64,000 nucleotides of DNA, from positions 3,456-67,455 of the IMG/VR virus record IMGVR_UViG_3300035704_000006, one strand, 5' to 3'. Below the pieces are notes generated by a model. The model did not search any database. It was not told where the DNA came from and saw only the letters and a list, made by a program, of their open reading frames with translations. The DNA comes from a virus. Shown piece by piece: positions 1 through 8,842 of the stretch (position 1 is its first letter; every line of letters begins with the position of its first letter). The position numbers and the translations under genes are program-made.

Positions 1-22
1 GCGCAAGCACAGGTGACCAGTC

Positions 23-502
23 ATGAGCGAATTCGTCGTGAAGCTCCGCCACGATAACGGCATAGTAAGCCTCCGCGTGCATTCACCTGATGCGATGTCT
101 GCCATGGAAATGATCGCCAAAGCAGAGAATGCGCCCAGGTCGGCCGTGATCTCAGTCACCCCGTATCAGGCCTCCGATGACAAAATCACTCCGGCTGATG
201 CCGGATGCTGGCTAGATGGCTCAGTGGGCTGGCATAACACCTACCGCGTTTGCTGGCGTGCCTTTGCCTACGGGTGGCTGGCAGACAATCCGGACGATAA
301 GGCAGAGCTAGAGAAGACTATCTCCGCCTATCAGGGCGATTTTGATCCTGACTCTGATGTGCCCGAGGTAATGCACGATGCCAGTAACGAGGCGACTGAG
401 TACCTTCAGTCACTCGCCCCGGAGGACTACTACTTTGAATGGGATGCCGGCGAACTCTGCCTTATCCACGTGAGTGAAAGTGAAAGTGAGCTGCCAGAAT
501 GA
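23..502 (+). CDS. Hypothetical acidic protein
   Basis: 159-aa ORF, ATGA overlap with next gene. Confidence 0.65.
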   Translation: MSEFVVKLRHDNGIVSLRVHSPDAMSAMEMIAKAENAPRSAVISVTPYQASDDKITPADAGCWLDGSVGWHNTYRVCWRAFAYGWLADNPDDKAELEKTISAYQGDFDPDSDVPEVMHDASNEATEYLQSLAPEDYYFEWDAGELCLIHVSESESELPE

Positions 503-792
503 CCCAGGACAACAGCATCCCCGTTCACCTTCAGTTCTGCCTGACTGAGGAGAACATAGATATCACCGGTTCTCCCTATGCCGAGACAGACGCCACTGAA
601 GTACGGCTCTGGCATGAGGACGCGACGAACATAGCCACTGTCCGCAAACTAAGCGACGCATCCGGACAGTGGGAGGCAGTCAGCAGCGATGAAGCTCGCT
701 ATGACGACCTTTCCGGTAATTCCTACGGATCCTGGCAGGATGCCATGAATGCGATCCTTGACCGGACCATCTACGCGATTCCCTCGCACTAA
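499..792 (+). CDS. Hypothetical protein
   Basis: 97-aa ORF translationally coupled to upstream gene. Confidence 0.6.
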   Translation: MTQDNSIPVHLQFCLTEENIDITGSPYAETDATEVRLWHEDATNIATVRKLSDASGQWEAVSSDEARYDDLSGNSYGSWQDAMNAILDRTIYAIPSH

Positions 793-865
793 CAGGCCGC
801 CGCTTGCCAGTGCGCCATCCTCTTTACGAGAGGATGGCGCGCTAGCTCGTTACGGATACCCAGAA

Positions 866-894
866 CACTCAATCCCGGCAAAGGAAAGAGCAAT
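866..894 (+). repeat. 29-bp direct repeat CACTCAATCCCGGCAAAGGAAAGAGCAAT, copy 1 (copy 2 at 2253-2281)
   Basis: Exact match read from sequence. Confidence 0.95.
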
Positions 895-2038
895 GACAGC
901 AGAGCAGTACGATCCTGATCAGTCAGCTAAGGCGCCGGAAGATACCGCCGGCGCCCAGGTACTCAATGAAGCCCAATCGCACATCGGGCGCTTCCTGGTA
1001 TTCCCTCATGACGGATGCCTTCCTGTCGTCACATTGTGGTGCGCGGCTACCTGGATTCATCAGGTATTCCCGTCATTCGGCCGTCTCGCGCTGCTCTCCG
1101 ATGAGCCAGGGTCAGGCAAGACAAAGGTTCAGCAGGTAATGATGCCCCTGTGCTGCCGGCCGGAAGACATCGTGGATCCGACCGGCCCGGTACTCGCGAC
1201 GATGATCGATCAGATGCACCCGACCACGTTCCTTGACGAGACAGACACAATCTGGACCGCCGGCGGTTCTGACAGTTCTAACCGGAAACTGCGGGCCATC
1301 CTGAATAAGGGATACAAGCGAGGGGGAACACTGCCGCGGAAAAACGGGAAGACCTTCACGCGCGAATCTGTCTACGGGCCGGTGTGCTTCGCCGGCCTGG
1401 GCAACCTTCCCCGCACGATCATGACCAGGTCACTGGTTATCAGGATGGAACCGCGCAAGCCAGGCCAGCTAACCGAGACCTACTACGATCGAAGCCATTC
1501 CCCCATGGGGGAAGCTCTGGGCAAAGCTCTCGGAGAATGGACGGCGACCATAGCGGAAGATGCTGAGGGGCACTGGCCGGAGATGCCCGACGGCATTACC
1601 GACCGCAAGCAGGAAATCAGCGAAGCTCTCCTGACGATTGCCGACCTGGCCGGCGGCCACTGGCCAGCCACGGCACGCGCCGCGGTCAGAACCATTCTCC
1701 TCGATCAGTCGGAAGCTTCCGGCCCTACTCCCGCACAGCAGCTCCTCTCCGATGTGCGGGCAGTGTGGCCGCGCAGCATGCCGGCTGTCCACTCCCAGGA
1801 TCTGGCGTCGCTGCTGACCTCTGACCAGACCATGGCATGGGGTTCTCTCTGGTCACCGGACAACGCGCAGAGAGAACTCTCGATGCTCTTGCGCTCCCTT
1901 TCCCCTGCTGTCTCGCCGGTCAAGGTCACGGTAGCGCGCAAGTCCCTGCAGGGTTACCGCCGGTCAGACTTCGCCGTTCACTGGCTGGCCGCCGATCGCC
2001 TCGAAGAGACAGGCACTAACGGAGATGATGACGAGTGA
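893..2038 (+). CDS. DUF3631-family P-loop ATPase (replication-associated)
   Basis: RFLVFP..TLW.AATW, Walker A PGSGKT, LDETD, C-terminal GYRRSDF..W; ATG 893 follows AAAGGAAAG. Confidence 0.75.
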   Translation: MTAEQYDPDQSAKAPEDTAGAQVLNEAQSHIGRFLVFPHDGCLPVVTLWCAATWIHQVFPSFGRLALLSDEPGSGKTKVQQVMMPLCCRPEDIVDPTGPVLATMIDQMHPTTFLDETDTIWTAGGSDSSNRKLRAILNKGYKRGGTLPRKNGKTFTRESVYGPVCFAGLGNLPRTIMTRSLVIRMEPRKPGQLTETYYDRSHSPMGEALGKALGEWTATIAEDAEGHWPEMPDGITDRKQEISEALLTIADLAGGHWPATARAAVRTILLDQSEASGPTPAQQLLSDVRAVWPRSMPAVHSQDLASLLTSDQTMAWGSLWSPDNAQRELSMLLRSLSPAVSPVKVTVARKSLQGYRRSDFAVHWLAADRLEETGTNGDDDE

Positions 2039-2184
2039 CAATCAAGGTATCGGCCGGAGATACGGTAATAGTCCCCGGAGTTATGGGGCCTATTCCGGTC
2101 AAGGTCATGACAGTACATCAAGACGGCACTTTCACAAGTGATCTTAATTCCCGTATCTACCGGATTAGCCAGATTCTCAAATAG
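2035..2184 (+). CDS. Small 49-aa beta-rich protein (MTIKVSAGDTVIVPG...), absent from ORF track
   Basis: GTGA overlap with upstream stop; manual translation to TAG 2182-2184. Confidence 0.5.
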   Translation: MTIKVSAGDTVIVPGVMGPIPVKVMTVHQDGTFTSDLNSRIYRISQILK

Positions 2185-2284
2185 TAACTCGCCGTAGGCC
2201 AGCGCGCGGCGCCCAGGTGAAGGGCGCCGCGCGCTGGCTCATTACGAGCAATCACTCAATCCCGGCAAAGGAAAGAGCAATATC

Positions 2285-2818
2285 ATGACAATCACTCAGT
2301 GCGGAGTTCCGGCAATTCCGCAAGTTCCGGATGCTAGCGCAGTACGCGAGGAGATAGCCGCTTACATGGAATCCTCGCCCGCTCGTGAGGCTGTCACCCG
2401 CGAGTACTACCGGGCGAGAAAATCTGGCTGGTCTCCGGTGGCCGCTATGGAAGCGGCACGCGGTTACATCGCCCTGCGACACGCGGAAATTCAGGGACAC
2501 GTGACGATCGCCTGGGTTACCGATGAAGCCTTCGACCTGGGCAACTTCACGGACATTCCTGAGCTTGAGCGTGAGACGAGAGAAAACCTTGCGGACGGAA
2601 CATGGTCAGCAGATGTCTGCGAGGTCTTCAGGGGCGAGATGGACGGCAATACGGCCTATCCCTTCCGCAACGCCGTACCTGATGCTTCGCTCTGCGGCAT
2701 CGTCACCGGGTGCAGCGCATCAGATGAGACCTACCGCCGGTCAGTCGCCGCAGACCTGGCCGCCGACCTGGGCATCATTGATCTCTCCGACTACTCGCAC
2801 CCTCGGCTCAAGCGGTAA
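2285..2818 (+). CDS. Hypothetical protein
   Basis: 177-aa ORF preceded by conserved start-associated motif/RBS. Confidence 0.65.
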   Translation: MTITQCGVPAIPQVPDASAVREEIAAYMESSPAREAVTREYYRARKSGWSPVAAMEAARGYIALRHAEIQGHVTIAWVTDEAFDLGNFTDIPELERETRENLADGTWSADVCEVFRGEMDGNTAYPFRNAVPDASLCGIVTGCSASDETYRRSVAADLAADLGIIDLSDYSHPRLKR

Positions 2819-3511
2819 CCCGCGCTGGCCAGGTATCCCCTCCCCTGAGGTACCTGGCCAGCCCAGCCCGGCCAGCCCGGTCACCTGGAAGGGATAAGAG
2901 CCGTCCTGTCCGAACTGCCCGATATAGTCCGATATGTCCGTTTACTTCTTAAAAAGCGCCGCGCACCCTGGGATTTTAACCCTCGCGGGAATTAATAGTT
3001 TTAGAACTCCAAGATTATATTAATTTAATTAATTAAGCTCAACAATAAAATGCGTGACTTAGAGGGTTTTCGCCGCTAGATTTCACTGCATCATAATATC
3101 CAGCAGATGCCTGCTGACATAATCGGTTTTCAGCAATATTACATGCCCGCATGATAGTAACGCTATACGGCCATGCCTGAGCACGCCTTAATTAAAAGAT
3201 TATGGCGTATTTGTTCTCCCGCTGCCACGTGCATGCTGTTCGCCTGTAATACTCTGATGCAGGACTATGCATGTGTGATGCTACCATAAGCTAGTAAGCA
3301 TAAATGCTATCTGCCAGCGCTAGTGCAGGTTTTGCACATGAGTTATCTTATTTTTACAGCGCTAGCGCTCCGGAGTCCTTCCAGAGGGATCTCCTGAGAG
3401 CACTGGCACTGTTGCCTTTATGTAAAAGCATGCTTACGCTGATCAGTAAATAGCGCTCCGGAGTCCCTTTCGGAGAAAACCCTCCCCTCGTTTACTTCCG
3501 GGCAGGCGAAA

Positions 3512-3537
3512 GGGGCGGGAGATATCTCCCGCCCCTC
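3512..3537. terminator. GC-rich hairpin downstream of holin gene
   Basis: AGGGGCGGG...CCCGCCCCT inverted repeat; T-run follows on minus strand. Confidence 0.6.
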
Positions 3538-3579
3538 CGGCGAGGCGCCGCGTCTTTCCAGTGCTCCTGGAGCTTACTG

Positions 3580-3792
3580 TTACCTCCGGTCAGGAGGCAC
3601 CCGGATTCCCGGCGATCCCAGGTCAGGTACCTGGCTCTTGTTGGGCACCGTATACACGCCCAGGGCGGTCAGGATCGCGATCACGATGCTCACCCAGTGC
3701 TCCTGGGCCAGGCCCAGTGCGGACGCCACGGTCACGGCCAGGCCGATGACGGCGATGACCGACTTGGCGTACTGAGCGGGAGTCTTCTTCAT
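3580..3792 (-). CDS. Putative holin (two TM helices)
   Basis: 70 aa, two hydrophobic segments, TALGVYTVPN motif typical of actinophage holins. Confidence 0.7.
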   Translation of the reverse strand: MKKTPAQYAKSVIAVIGLAVTVASALGLAQEHWVSIVIAILTALGVYTVPNKSQVPDLGSPGIRVPPDRR

Positions 3793-3832
3793 CTCTTCTC
3801 CTCCTTTCTTTCCTGCTTTCTGCTTCTGCTTC

Positions 3833-4186
3833 TCAGTTACGGCCGATGATGCGGAGCACGACGGCGCCGGAGACGGAGCACAGGCCCCTGATCACGTCGC
3901 CGCTGCCCATCGGCAGGCCGTCCGGCCCGGCGTCGAACACGGTCACGACGCCGTTCGCTGCCACCGGCTCAGCGTTCGCCATCTCGTTTCCGGTGGCGTC
4001 GGCCGCTCCGGCGAGCCCGTGCCACAGCGAGACCGTGACCGCCGCCGTAGTGGTGTTAGTGGCGATGATCCGGGAGATGAAGGCATTGTCCCCTCCCGCG
4101 GTCACCAGCACGGCGGCCGACCCGGCCGGCTGCCCCTCGTAGATGTCCCCGGTCGACCCGAAGTCCCCGTCGAAGAACGCGCTCAT
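3833..4186 (-). CDS. Paralog of the head-decoration-like protein at 50500-50853
   Basis: Shared YEGxP, IIATNT, HG..GAA, AANxV, GDVIRGL, RIxGR. Confidence 0.7.
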   Translation of the reverse strand: MSAFFDGDFGSTGDIYEGQPAGSAAVLVTAGGDNAFISRIIATNTTTAAVTVSLWHGLAGAADATGNEMANAEPVAANGVVTVFDAGPDGLPMGSGDVIRGLCSVSGAVVLRIIGRN

Positions 4187-4386
4187 GATTTCCTTTCCCG
4201 GACATCGGCAGCTGTCTCCAGGATCCAGGCGAGCTTGCGCGCGGTGTCCGGGTCATAGCAGGCCCGGAGCACGACCGGATTATCAGGATGGGAAACGATA
4301 ATCCCCTCGTCTCCGATCGTCACGATGATGACGGCATTCCCGTTCTTGTCTTCCAGCGTGAAAACGCTGCTGATCGTCCCGGCCAT
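4183..4386 (-). CDS. Small hypothetical protein, paralog of 4669-4926
   Basis: ISSVFTLED..GNAVIIV vs ITSVMTLED..RQAIVIV; TAATG coupling. Confidence 0.6.
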   Translation of the reverse strand: MAGTISSVFTLEDKNGNAVIIVTIGDEGIIVSHPDNPVVLRACYDPDTARKLAWILETAADVRERKS

Positions 4387-4700
4387 TACAGCGCCTTTTC
4401 TTCCGAAAGCCACAGCTCCTGGCGCAGGAGATAGCCTTCCAGCTTCCAGATCTGGCTTTCGGCCCGGTCCCGGGCAATTTTCCGCCCGAGGTCAGCGTCG
4501 AAGTTAGCCGGGCTGGCCGCTGCCGATTCCCCGGTCACGCTGAACCCGTTTCGCAGGGTCAGCAGACAGACGGTCACGGTGGTCCCGGGGAATACGATGT
4601 ACTGCTCCCCGGTAATCAGGGACCTCACGTGCTCCCCGGTAACCCGCGGGGCATTCAGCCCCTTCCCGTCAGCTTCCTTCTCTATTTCTTCGTGATTCAT
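4386..4700 (-). CDS. N4 gp49/Sf6 gp66-family protein (Acb4-like anti-CBASS sponge candidate)
   Basis: APRVT..TVCLLTLRNGFSVTGESA..SPANFD..GRKIA...IWKLEGYLL family signature. Confidence 0.8.
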   Translation of the reverse strand: MNHEEIEKEADGKGLNAPRVTGEHVRSLITGEQYIVFPGTTVTVCLLTLRNGFSVTGESAAASPANFDADLGRKIARDRAESQIWKLEGYLLRQELWLSEEKAL

Positions 4701-4926
4701 CGTTCTCCCTTGCCAGTGCGGCCATCTTCATCAGCATCCTGCCGGTGTCCTCCGCATTATCCGGGGAGAACGAGACTGCGGGGACGCTGTCATAAGACGG
4801 GAAATCAAGGACAATCCCGGCGTTTTCCAGGGAGACAATCACTATCGCCTGCCTTCCGGAATCTTCCAGGGTCATCACGCTGGTAATTTCCGTCTTCCCC
4901 GCGTATTCAGGATGCGTGCTGGCCAT
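4669..4926 (-). CDS. Small hypothetical protein, paralog of 4183-4386
   Basis: ATG at 4926 overlaps the lysin stop (TAATG); similarity as above. Confidence 0.6.
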   Translation of the reverse strand: MASTHPEYAGKTEITSVMTLEDSGRQAIVIVSLENAGIVLDFPSYDSVPAVSFSPDNAEDTGRMLMKMAALARENDESRRNREGS

Positions 4927-5780
4927 TACCCGGCCCTCCCGCCGCGGTGCGCGGTGTAGTAGACCAGGCCCTCGGGCATGATCTTCGAGGTCCCGCCGGC
5001 GACGTACTTCCGGAATGCCGCCAGGGCCTCGCCGTCGAGGTTCTCCTCCGAGACCATCACGAGGTAATCCGCGGTGGCATGGCGGATGAACGCGGTCTGG
5101 TCGAGGCTCCAGGCGCCCTTCGCCACGCGGCGCCATGCGCCCCGGCCGCCTGCCAGTGCGTTCAGCGCCTCCCTGGAGCCCCGGAACGCCGAGCAGTCAG
5201 CCGGGGCCGGGAAACCGGGGATGACGGCGCTGGCGCTGAACTGGAGCAGGCTGGGACCCTCTCCGCCGTACCGGCCCCACCAGCCGTCCGGCACCCTGGC
5301 GTACAGGTCCGCCGGGGAGCCTTCCCCCTCGACATAGGAGGAAGCGAACAGCCAGTCGAAGAACCGGAGCCCGGCGTTGCCGCTGTACCAGTGCGGCGCG
5401 TACCCGCCGACCTGGTGATACGGGTACAGCACCCGCAGTTCGGCTACGATCGCGCGGGCGTCGGCGATCGTGGCGCTCGGCCCCAGGGAGTTCCGCTCCA
5501 CGTCGACGACCAGCGCCCAGCCGTCCAGCGGCCCGGCGTGCTCCCTGAACCAGCGGGCCTGGTCAGATGCCCGCGAGCCGTCCGCGAACAGGTAGGCGCC
5601 GGCCAGGAAATCGCCTTCCGAGGCCAGCTCTCCCAGGATTTCCGACTGCCCGGCCCACAGGGGATTCAGGTAACCCGATCCCTGGGTGACCTTGGCAATG
5701 CAGCCGGCCAGCGTCCCGGCCGCCTCCTTCAGGTTCACGTCCCCGTTGTTCGAGCTGGTGTCTCCTACGAAAAGAACCAT
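4926..5780 (-). CDS. Endolysin, GH25 muramidase-like with C-terminal putative binding domain
   Basis: DTS, KVTQG..Y.NP, AYLF, DVE, LLQFS, DCS.F motifs. Confidence 0.8.
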   Translation of the reverse strand: MVLFVGDTSSNNGDVNLKEAAGTLAGCIAKVTQGSGYLNPLWAGQSEILGELASEGDFLAGAYLFADGSRASDQARWFREHAGPLDGWALVVDVERNSLGPSATIADARAIVAELRVLYPYHQVGGYAPHWYSGNAGLRFFDWLFASSYVEGEGSPADLYARVPDGWWGRYGGEGPSLLQFSASAVIPGFPAPADCSAFRGSREALNALAGGRGAWRRVAKGAWSLDQTAFIRHATADYLVMVSEENLDGEALAAFRKYVAGGTSKIMPEGLVYYTAHRGGRAG

Positions 5781-5786
5781 TCTTTA

Positions 5787-6215
5787 TCAGGTCTCCTTTG
5801 CCGGGATGCCTTTTACTGTCTCCAGCGGGATTTCGGGCAGTGCAGCCGGCCCGAAGCTCGCCATTGCCGCGCTCATGCCCCCGTAATCGGTGGCGAAATT
5901 AGCGTACACGCTGTACACCAGCGTGATCAGGAGGAGAATCTTGGACGGGGCGAAAAAATAAAGGACCAGAACGACCGGGATATTGACCAGCCAGTACGCC
6001 GATCCCCAGAAATGCACCTTGTACTGGAGCCGGGGATCAGTTTCCAGGCCCTTGACCAGGTGCCTCAGCCAGGCGTACCGCCCCGCTCCGCCTCCGGCGC
6101 CCCCCGTCTTCATCCCCAGGTGCGCCCTCAGCGCCGTGACCTCGTGCCTGAGCGCCCGCATCTCGTGCTCCAGGGCCGATCCCGGTCCCGCGCCTGCTCC
6201 CGCGCCTGCTGCCAT
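5787..6215 (-). CDS. Membrane protein (possible lysis accessory)
   Basis: Two hydrophobic segments, adjacent to lysin. Confidence 0.55.
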   Translation of the reverse strand: MAAGAGAGAGPGSALEHEMRALRHEVTALRAHLGMKTGGAGGGAGRYAWLRHLVKGLETDPRLQYKVHFWGSAYWLVNIPVVLVLYFFAPSKILLLITLVYSVYANFATDYGGMSAAMASFGPAALPEIPLETVKGIPAKET

Positions 6216-6551
6216 TCATTCCTTCCTGAGGCCCGGATGCGCCCGGCCCGCGGCGAGGCCGGGATTAACGCGGGCGCCGATCATGGCCGCCCGCTCCGCG
6301 TTGGTGACCTGGGCGCCTTCCCGGCCGCTCTTCGTCCGGTGGTGCGCCCGGCACTTGGCGCCCAGGTTCTCCGGCTCATCGCCGGCCAGCCTGTCCAGGT
6401 GGTCCGCGTCAGTGGCCGGCTCCGGGCACCGCAGGCTCCCTCTCGCGGTCCTGATCACTTCCGTGCACTGCCATCCGTCCCTGGCCAGGCACGCGAGCCG
6501 CCGGGCCGGCCAGTCAGCCGGAAGCGGCCGGACCCTCCAGCTCCCCGCCAC
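6216..6551 (-). CDS. HNH endonuclease (packaging-associated type)
   Basis: LPADW..RR..L.RDGWQC...C...ATDADH.....NL...C..HH.TK; GGAGG before GTG 6551. Confidence 0.8.
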   Translation of the reverse strand: MAGSWRVRPLPADWPARRLACLARDGWQCTEVIRTARGSLRCPEPATDADHLDRLAGDEPENLGAKCRAHHRTKSGREGAQVTNAERAAMIGARVNPGLAAGRAHPGLRKE

Positions 6552-6867
6552 CGGCGTCCTCCGCGATGATGCCGCCCGCTCCGGCCTCGCGGCCTGCGAG
6601 CAGGTCAAGCCGGGCATGAATCTTCCGGAACGTGACATTGACCTCGTCGCGCATTGCCGTGATATCCACCCGGATCCGGTCCTGGTCAGCGCGGATCTCA
6701 TCCCAGATCCGCATCGGCGCCCCGGTGCCGGGTGCCTGCGCCTGCGCCTGCACGGGAATCCCGGCTTTTTCTGGATGCCCGGATTCCCGCCAGCGGGAGA
6801 TCTGCTCCTGGCCGGAAATCATGTCGCCCAGGGTCAGGTCCCCGGCTTCTGCCTGCTGCTCTGTCAC
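6514..6867 (-). CDS. Hypothetical coiled-coil protein
   Basis: Fills gap in operon; start uncertain. Confidence 0.45.
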   Translation of the reverse strand: MTEQQAEAGDLTLGDMISGQEQISRWRESGHPEKAGIPVQAQAQAPGTGAPMRIWDEIRADQDRIRVDITAMRDEVNVTFRKIHARLDLLAGREAGAGGIIAEDAGGGELEGPAASG

Positions 6868-6871
6868 CGGC

Positions 6872-7213
6872 TTACGGCTCGAAGACGGTGACCTTGACGG
6901 AGGTCGCCGAGGCGGTGAACACCATCTCCCGGCCGTACACGTCCGGGTCGACCTCGCCGAACCAGGCGCCGCCGGGAGACGTGACCGCGGTCGGGATCGT
7001 CCAGACAAGGTCCGAGAGGGTGTCATCGTGGAACTCGACCGCCGGGACGACCGTCACGGTCACGGTCGCCGAGGTCGAGGAGTTGACGAACCGGAATCCG
7101 GTCCTGCCGGTGTTGACGGCGACGTTGCCGTTGACCGCGTCGCACGTGGCGCCCGCCGGGTCGTTCAGGGCGGCATTGCTGAGCTGGCTGGAGGCTACTG
7201 CGGTTGCTGACAT
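6872..7213 (-). CDS. Beta-rich, virion-structural-like protein
   Basis: T/V/S/A-rich composition, GGAG RBS. Confidence 0.55.
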   Translation of the reverse strand: MSATAVASSQLSNAALNDPAGATCDAVNGNVAVNTGRTGFRFVNSSTSATVTVTVVPAVEFHDDTLSDLVWTIPTAVTSPGGAWFGEVDPDVYGREMVFTASATSVKVTVFEP

Positions 7214-7492
7214 GGCTCCCTGGGGTCGGGGACAAAGGTCCAGGCTCGGATATTACCACTCCGGGCAGGGACCGGACAGCATGCGCTCATCACTGTTTCG
7301 GGGACACCGATGCCTTCAGGTCGCTGATTGCCCGGGAAACCCTGGCTCGCAGCGCTTCGGTAGCGGCCGATGCCTCAGGGCAGCATCCCGCGCACAGGCC
7401 GCAGTCGTGCCTGCTGCTTTCGGCCCTCTGGGTAACAGAACCGCACTGACCGCATTTTCCCGTGATGACGACCGGGGCGCCGGGAACGGGAA

Positions 7493-7876
7493 TCACGGGA
7501 CCAGGTACTTCCAGTTGGCCCTCAGGCTCTCGCCGAATTCCGCCTGCATCCTGAGGGCGTCAGATGCGGTAAAAGCATAGACGCTGACGGGAATGGTGAC
7601 CTCGCGGCTGAAAAATGCGATGGTGATGTCCCACCAGATGACCGCCGTGCCTGATATCGCGCCCGCGTCGTCCAGGCTGACCTTCAGCGGGCTCACGTCC
7701 GGCTCGCGGACCCTGCGGGGAAGAATCCCCCGCTGGAGGACGGGCACCCTCATCTCGGCGCGGCACACGAATATCTCCATGACCGCATGCTCATGCCCGT
7801 CCCCGGCCGGGGCGAAAGAAGGAGGATTCCTCGTCATCCTCGCCCCGGCAACCGATGCCAGCCTTAATTCAGTCAC
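7493..7876 (-). CDS. Hypothetical protein
   Basis: ORF with GAGG RBS, overlapping neighbours. Confidence 0.5.
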   Translation of the reverse strand: MTELRLASVAGARMTRNPPSFAPAGDGHEHAVMEIFVCRAEMRVPVLQRGILPRRVREPDVSPLKVSLDDAGAISGTAVIWWDITIAFFSREVTIPVSVYAFTASDALRMQAEFGESLRANWKYLVP

Positions 7877-8111
7877 GTAATCCTCTTGCCTCTCCTCCGC
7901 CAGTTTCCCCGGCCGTTCCGTCGCGTCCGCTGCCGATGCGCATCGCGCGGGCGGCGTCGGCGGCCCGGTCGAACAGGCCGGTGGCATCCGCCACTCCCGC
8001 TGCTCTCGCCGCTTCGGCGAAGTCGTCGCACTCGATCAGGGCGGCGATTGCCAGGACCACCCGGTCTGCCCGCGCGTAAGTGACTTTCTTCCTGTGCATT
8101 GCCACGCTCAT
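7869..8111 (-). CDS. Small helical protein, possibly HTH
   Basis: FAEAARAAGV segment. Confidence 0.4.
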   Translation of the reverse strand: MSVAMHRKKVTYARADRVVLAIAALIECDDFAEAARAAGVADATGLFDRAADAARAMRIGSGRDGTAGETGGGEARGLRD

Positions 8112-8842
8112 GCGGCAATTGTACTAGATGCCCATCCCTCGATGCCCGCGAGCTGAGCGCGCAGCCACGGGGAATCCTGCTCTTCCTCCTGCGCCGGGAT
8201 ATCCCGGAGGGACCGCAAGGCAGCCGCAGCGCGAGCGGTCACATCCGGAGGGTTCAAGAAAGAGGGAGTACCCCAGGGACGAGCCGGAGAAGAAGCCGGA
8301 GCGGGAGGGGAAACCCTGGCGGGGAACTCCGGCTTCTTCCTCTCCGGAGGAACGGGAGGAGCAGGAACATGGTCGAGCAGCCTCCACGGCGGAACTCCGG
8401 CGACCTCCGGAGGCCGGGCCGACCGCCAGGCCGCCACCGAGGCCGCGTAGAGGGGTCCGTCCTCCGGCTGGACCTCCGGCTTCCACTGGGTGCGGGCAGC
8501 AGGCCTCGCGCGCCCGGACAGGACCATGACGGGAGGCGCAGGCGGTTCGAGCCGGGCGCGCGCTCCCGTCCGGGGAAGTGATGACTCGCGGGACAGCTCG
8601 TCATACAGGTCGGCCAGCTTCCTGCGCGGGGCCGGCCGTGCCCCGGGGACAGCGAGAGCGGGAAAAGCAGGAAGCGTGTCCTGGTGCTGCTGCCAGGCGG
8701 CGCGCTCGGCGGCTCCGGGGCGCAGCGGGGCTGACGAGGGAACCGGGCGGAGGGCCGGGGAGAAACGGGAAAGGCGGAGTGCCATGAAGATGATCACTGC
8801 GGAAAGGACGATTGCCAGTGTGATGGTTGCCGGGATGAACAT
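8108..8842 (-). CDS. Membrane-anchored proline-rich protein
   Basis: N-terminal TM helix, AAGGAGG RBS. Confidence 0.55.
   Translation of the reverse strand: MFIPATITLAIVLSAVIIFMALRLSRFSPALRPVPSSAPLRPGAAERAAWQQHQDTLPAFPALAVPGARPAPRRKLADLYDELSRESSLPRTGARARLEPPAPPVMVLSGRARPAARTQWKPEVQPEDGPLYAASVAAWRSARPPEVAGVPPWRLLDHVPAPPVPPERKKPEFPARVSPPAPASSPARPWGTPSFLNPPDVTARAAAALRSLRDIPAQEEEQDSPWLRAQLAGIEGWASSTIAA

Noticed and set aside
790-855. True integron attC site
   Set aside because: TAAC...GTTA is present but the RYYYAAC/GTTRRRY consensus is not met and the integrase is not IntI-like; kept only as an analogy
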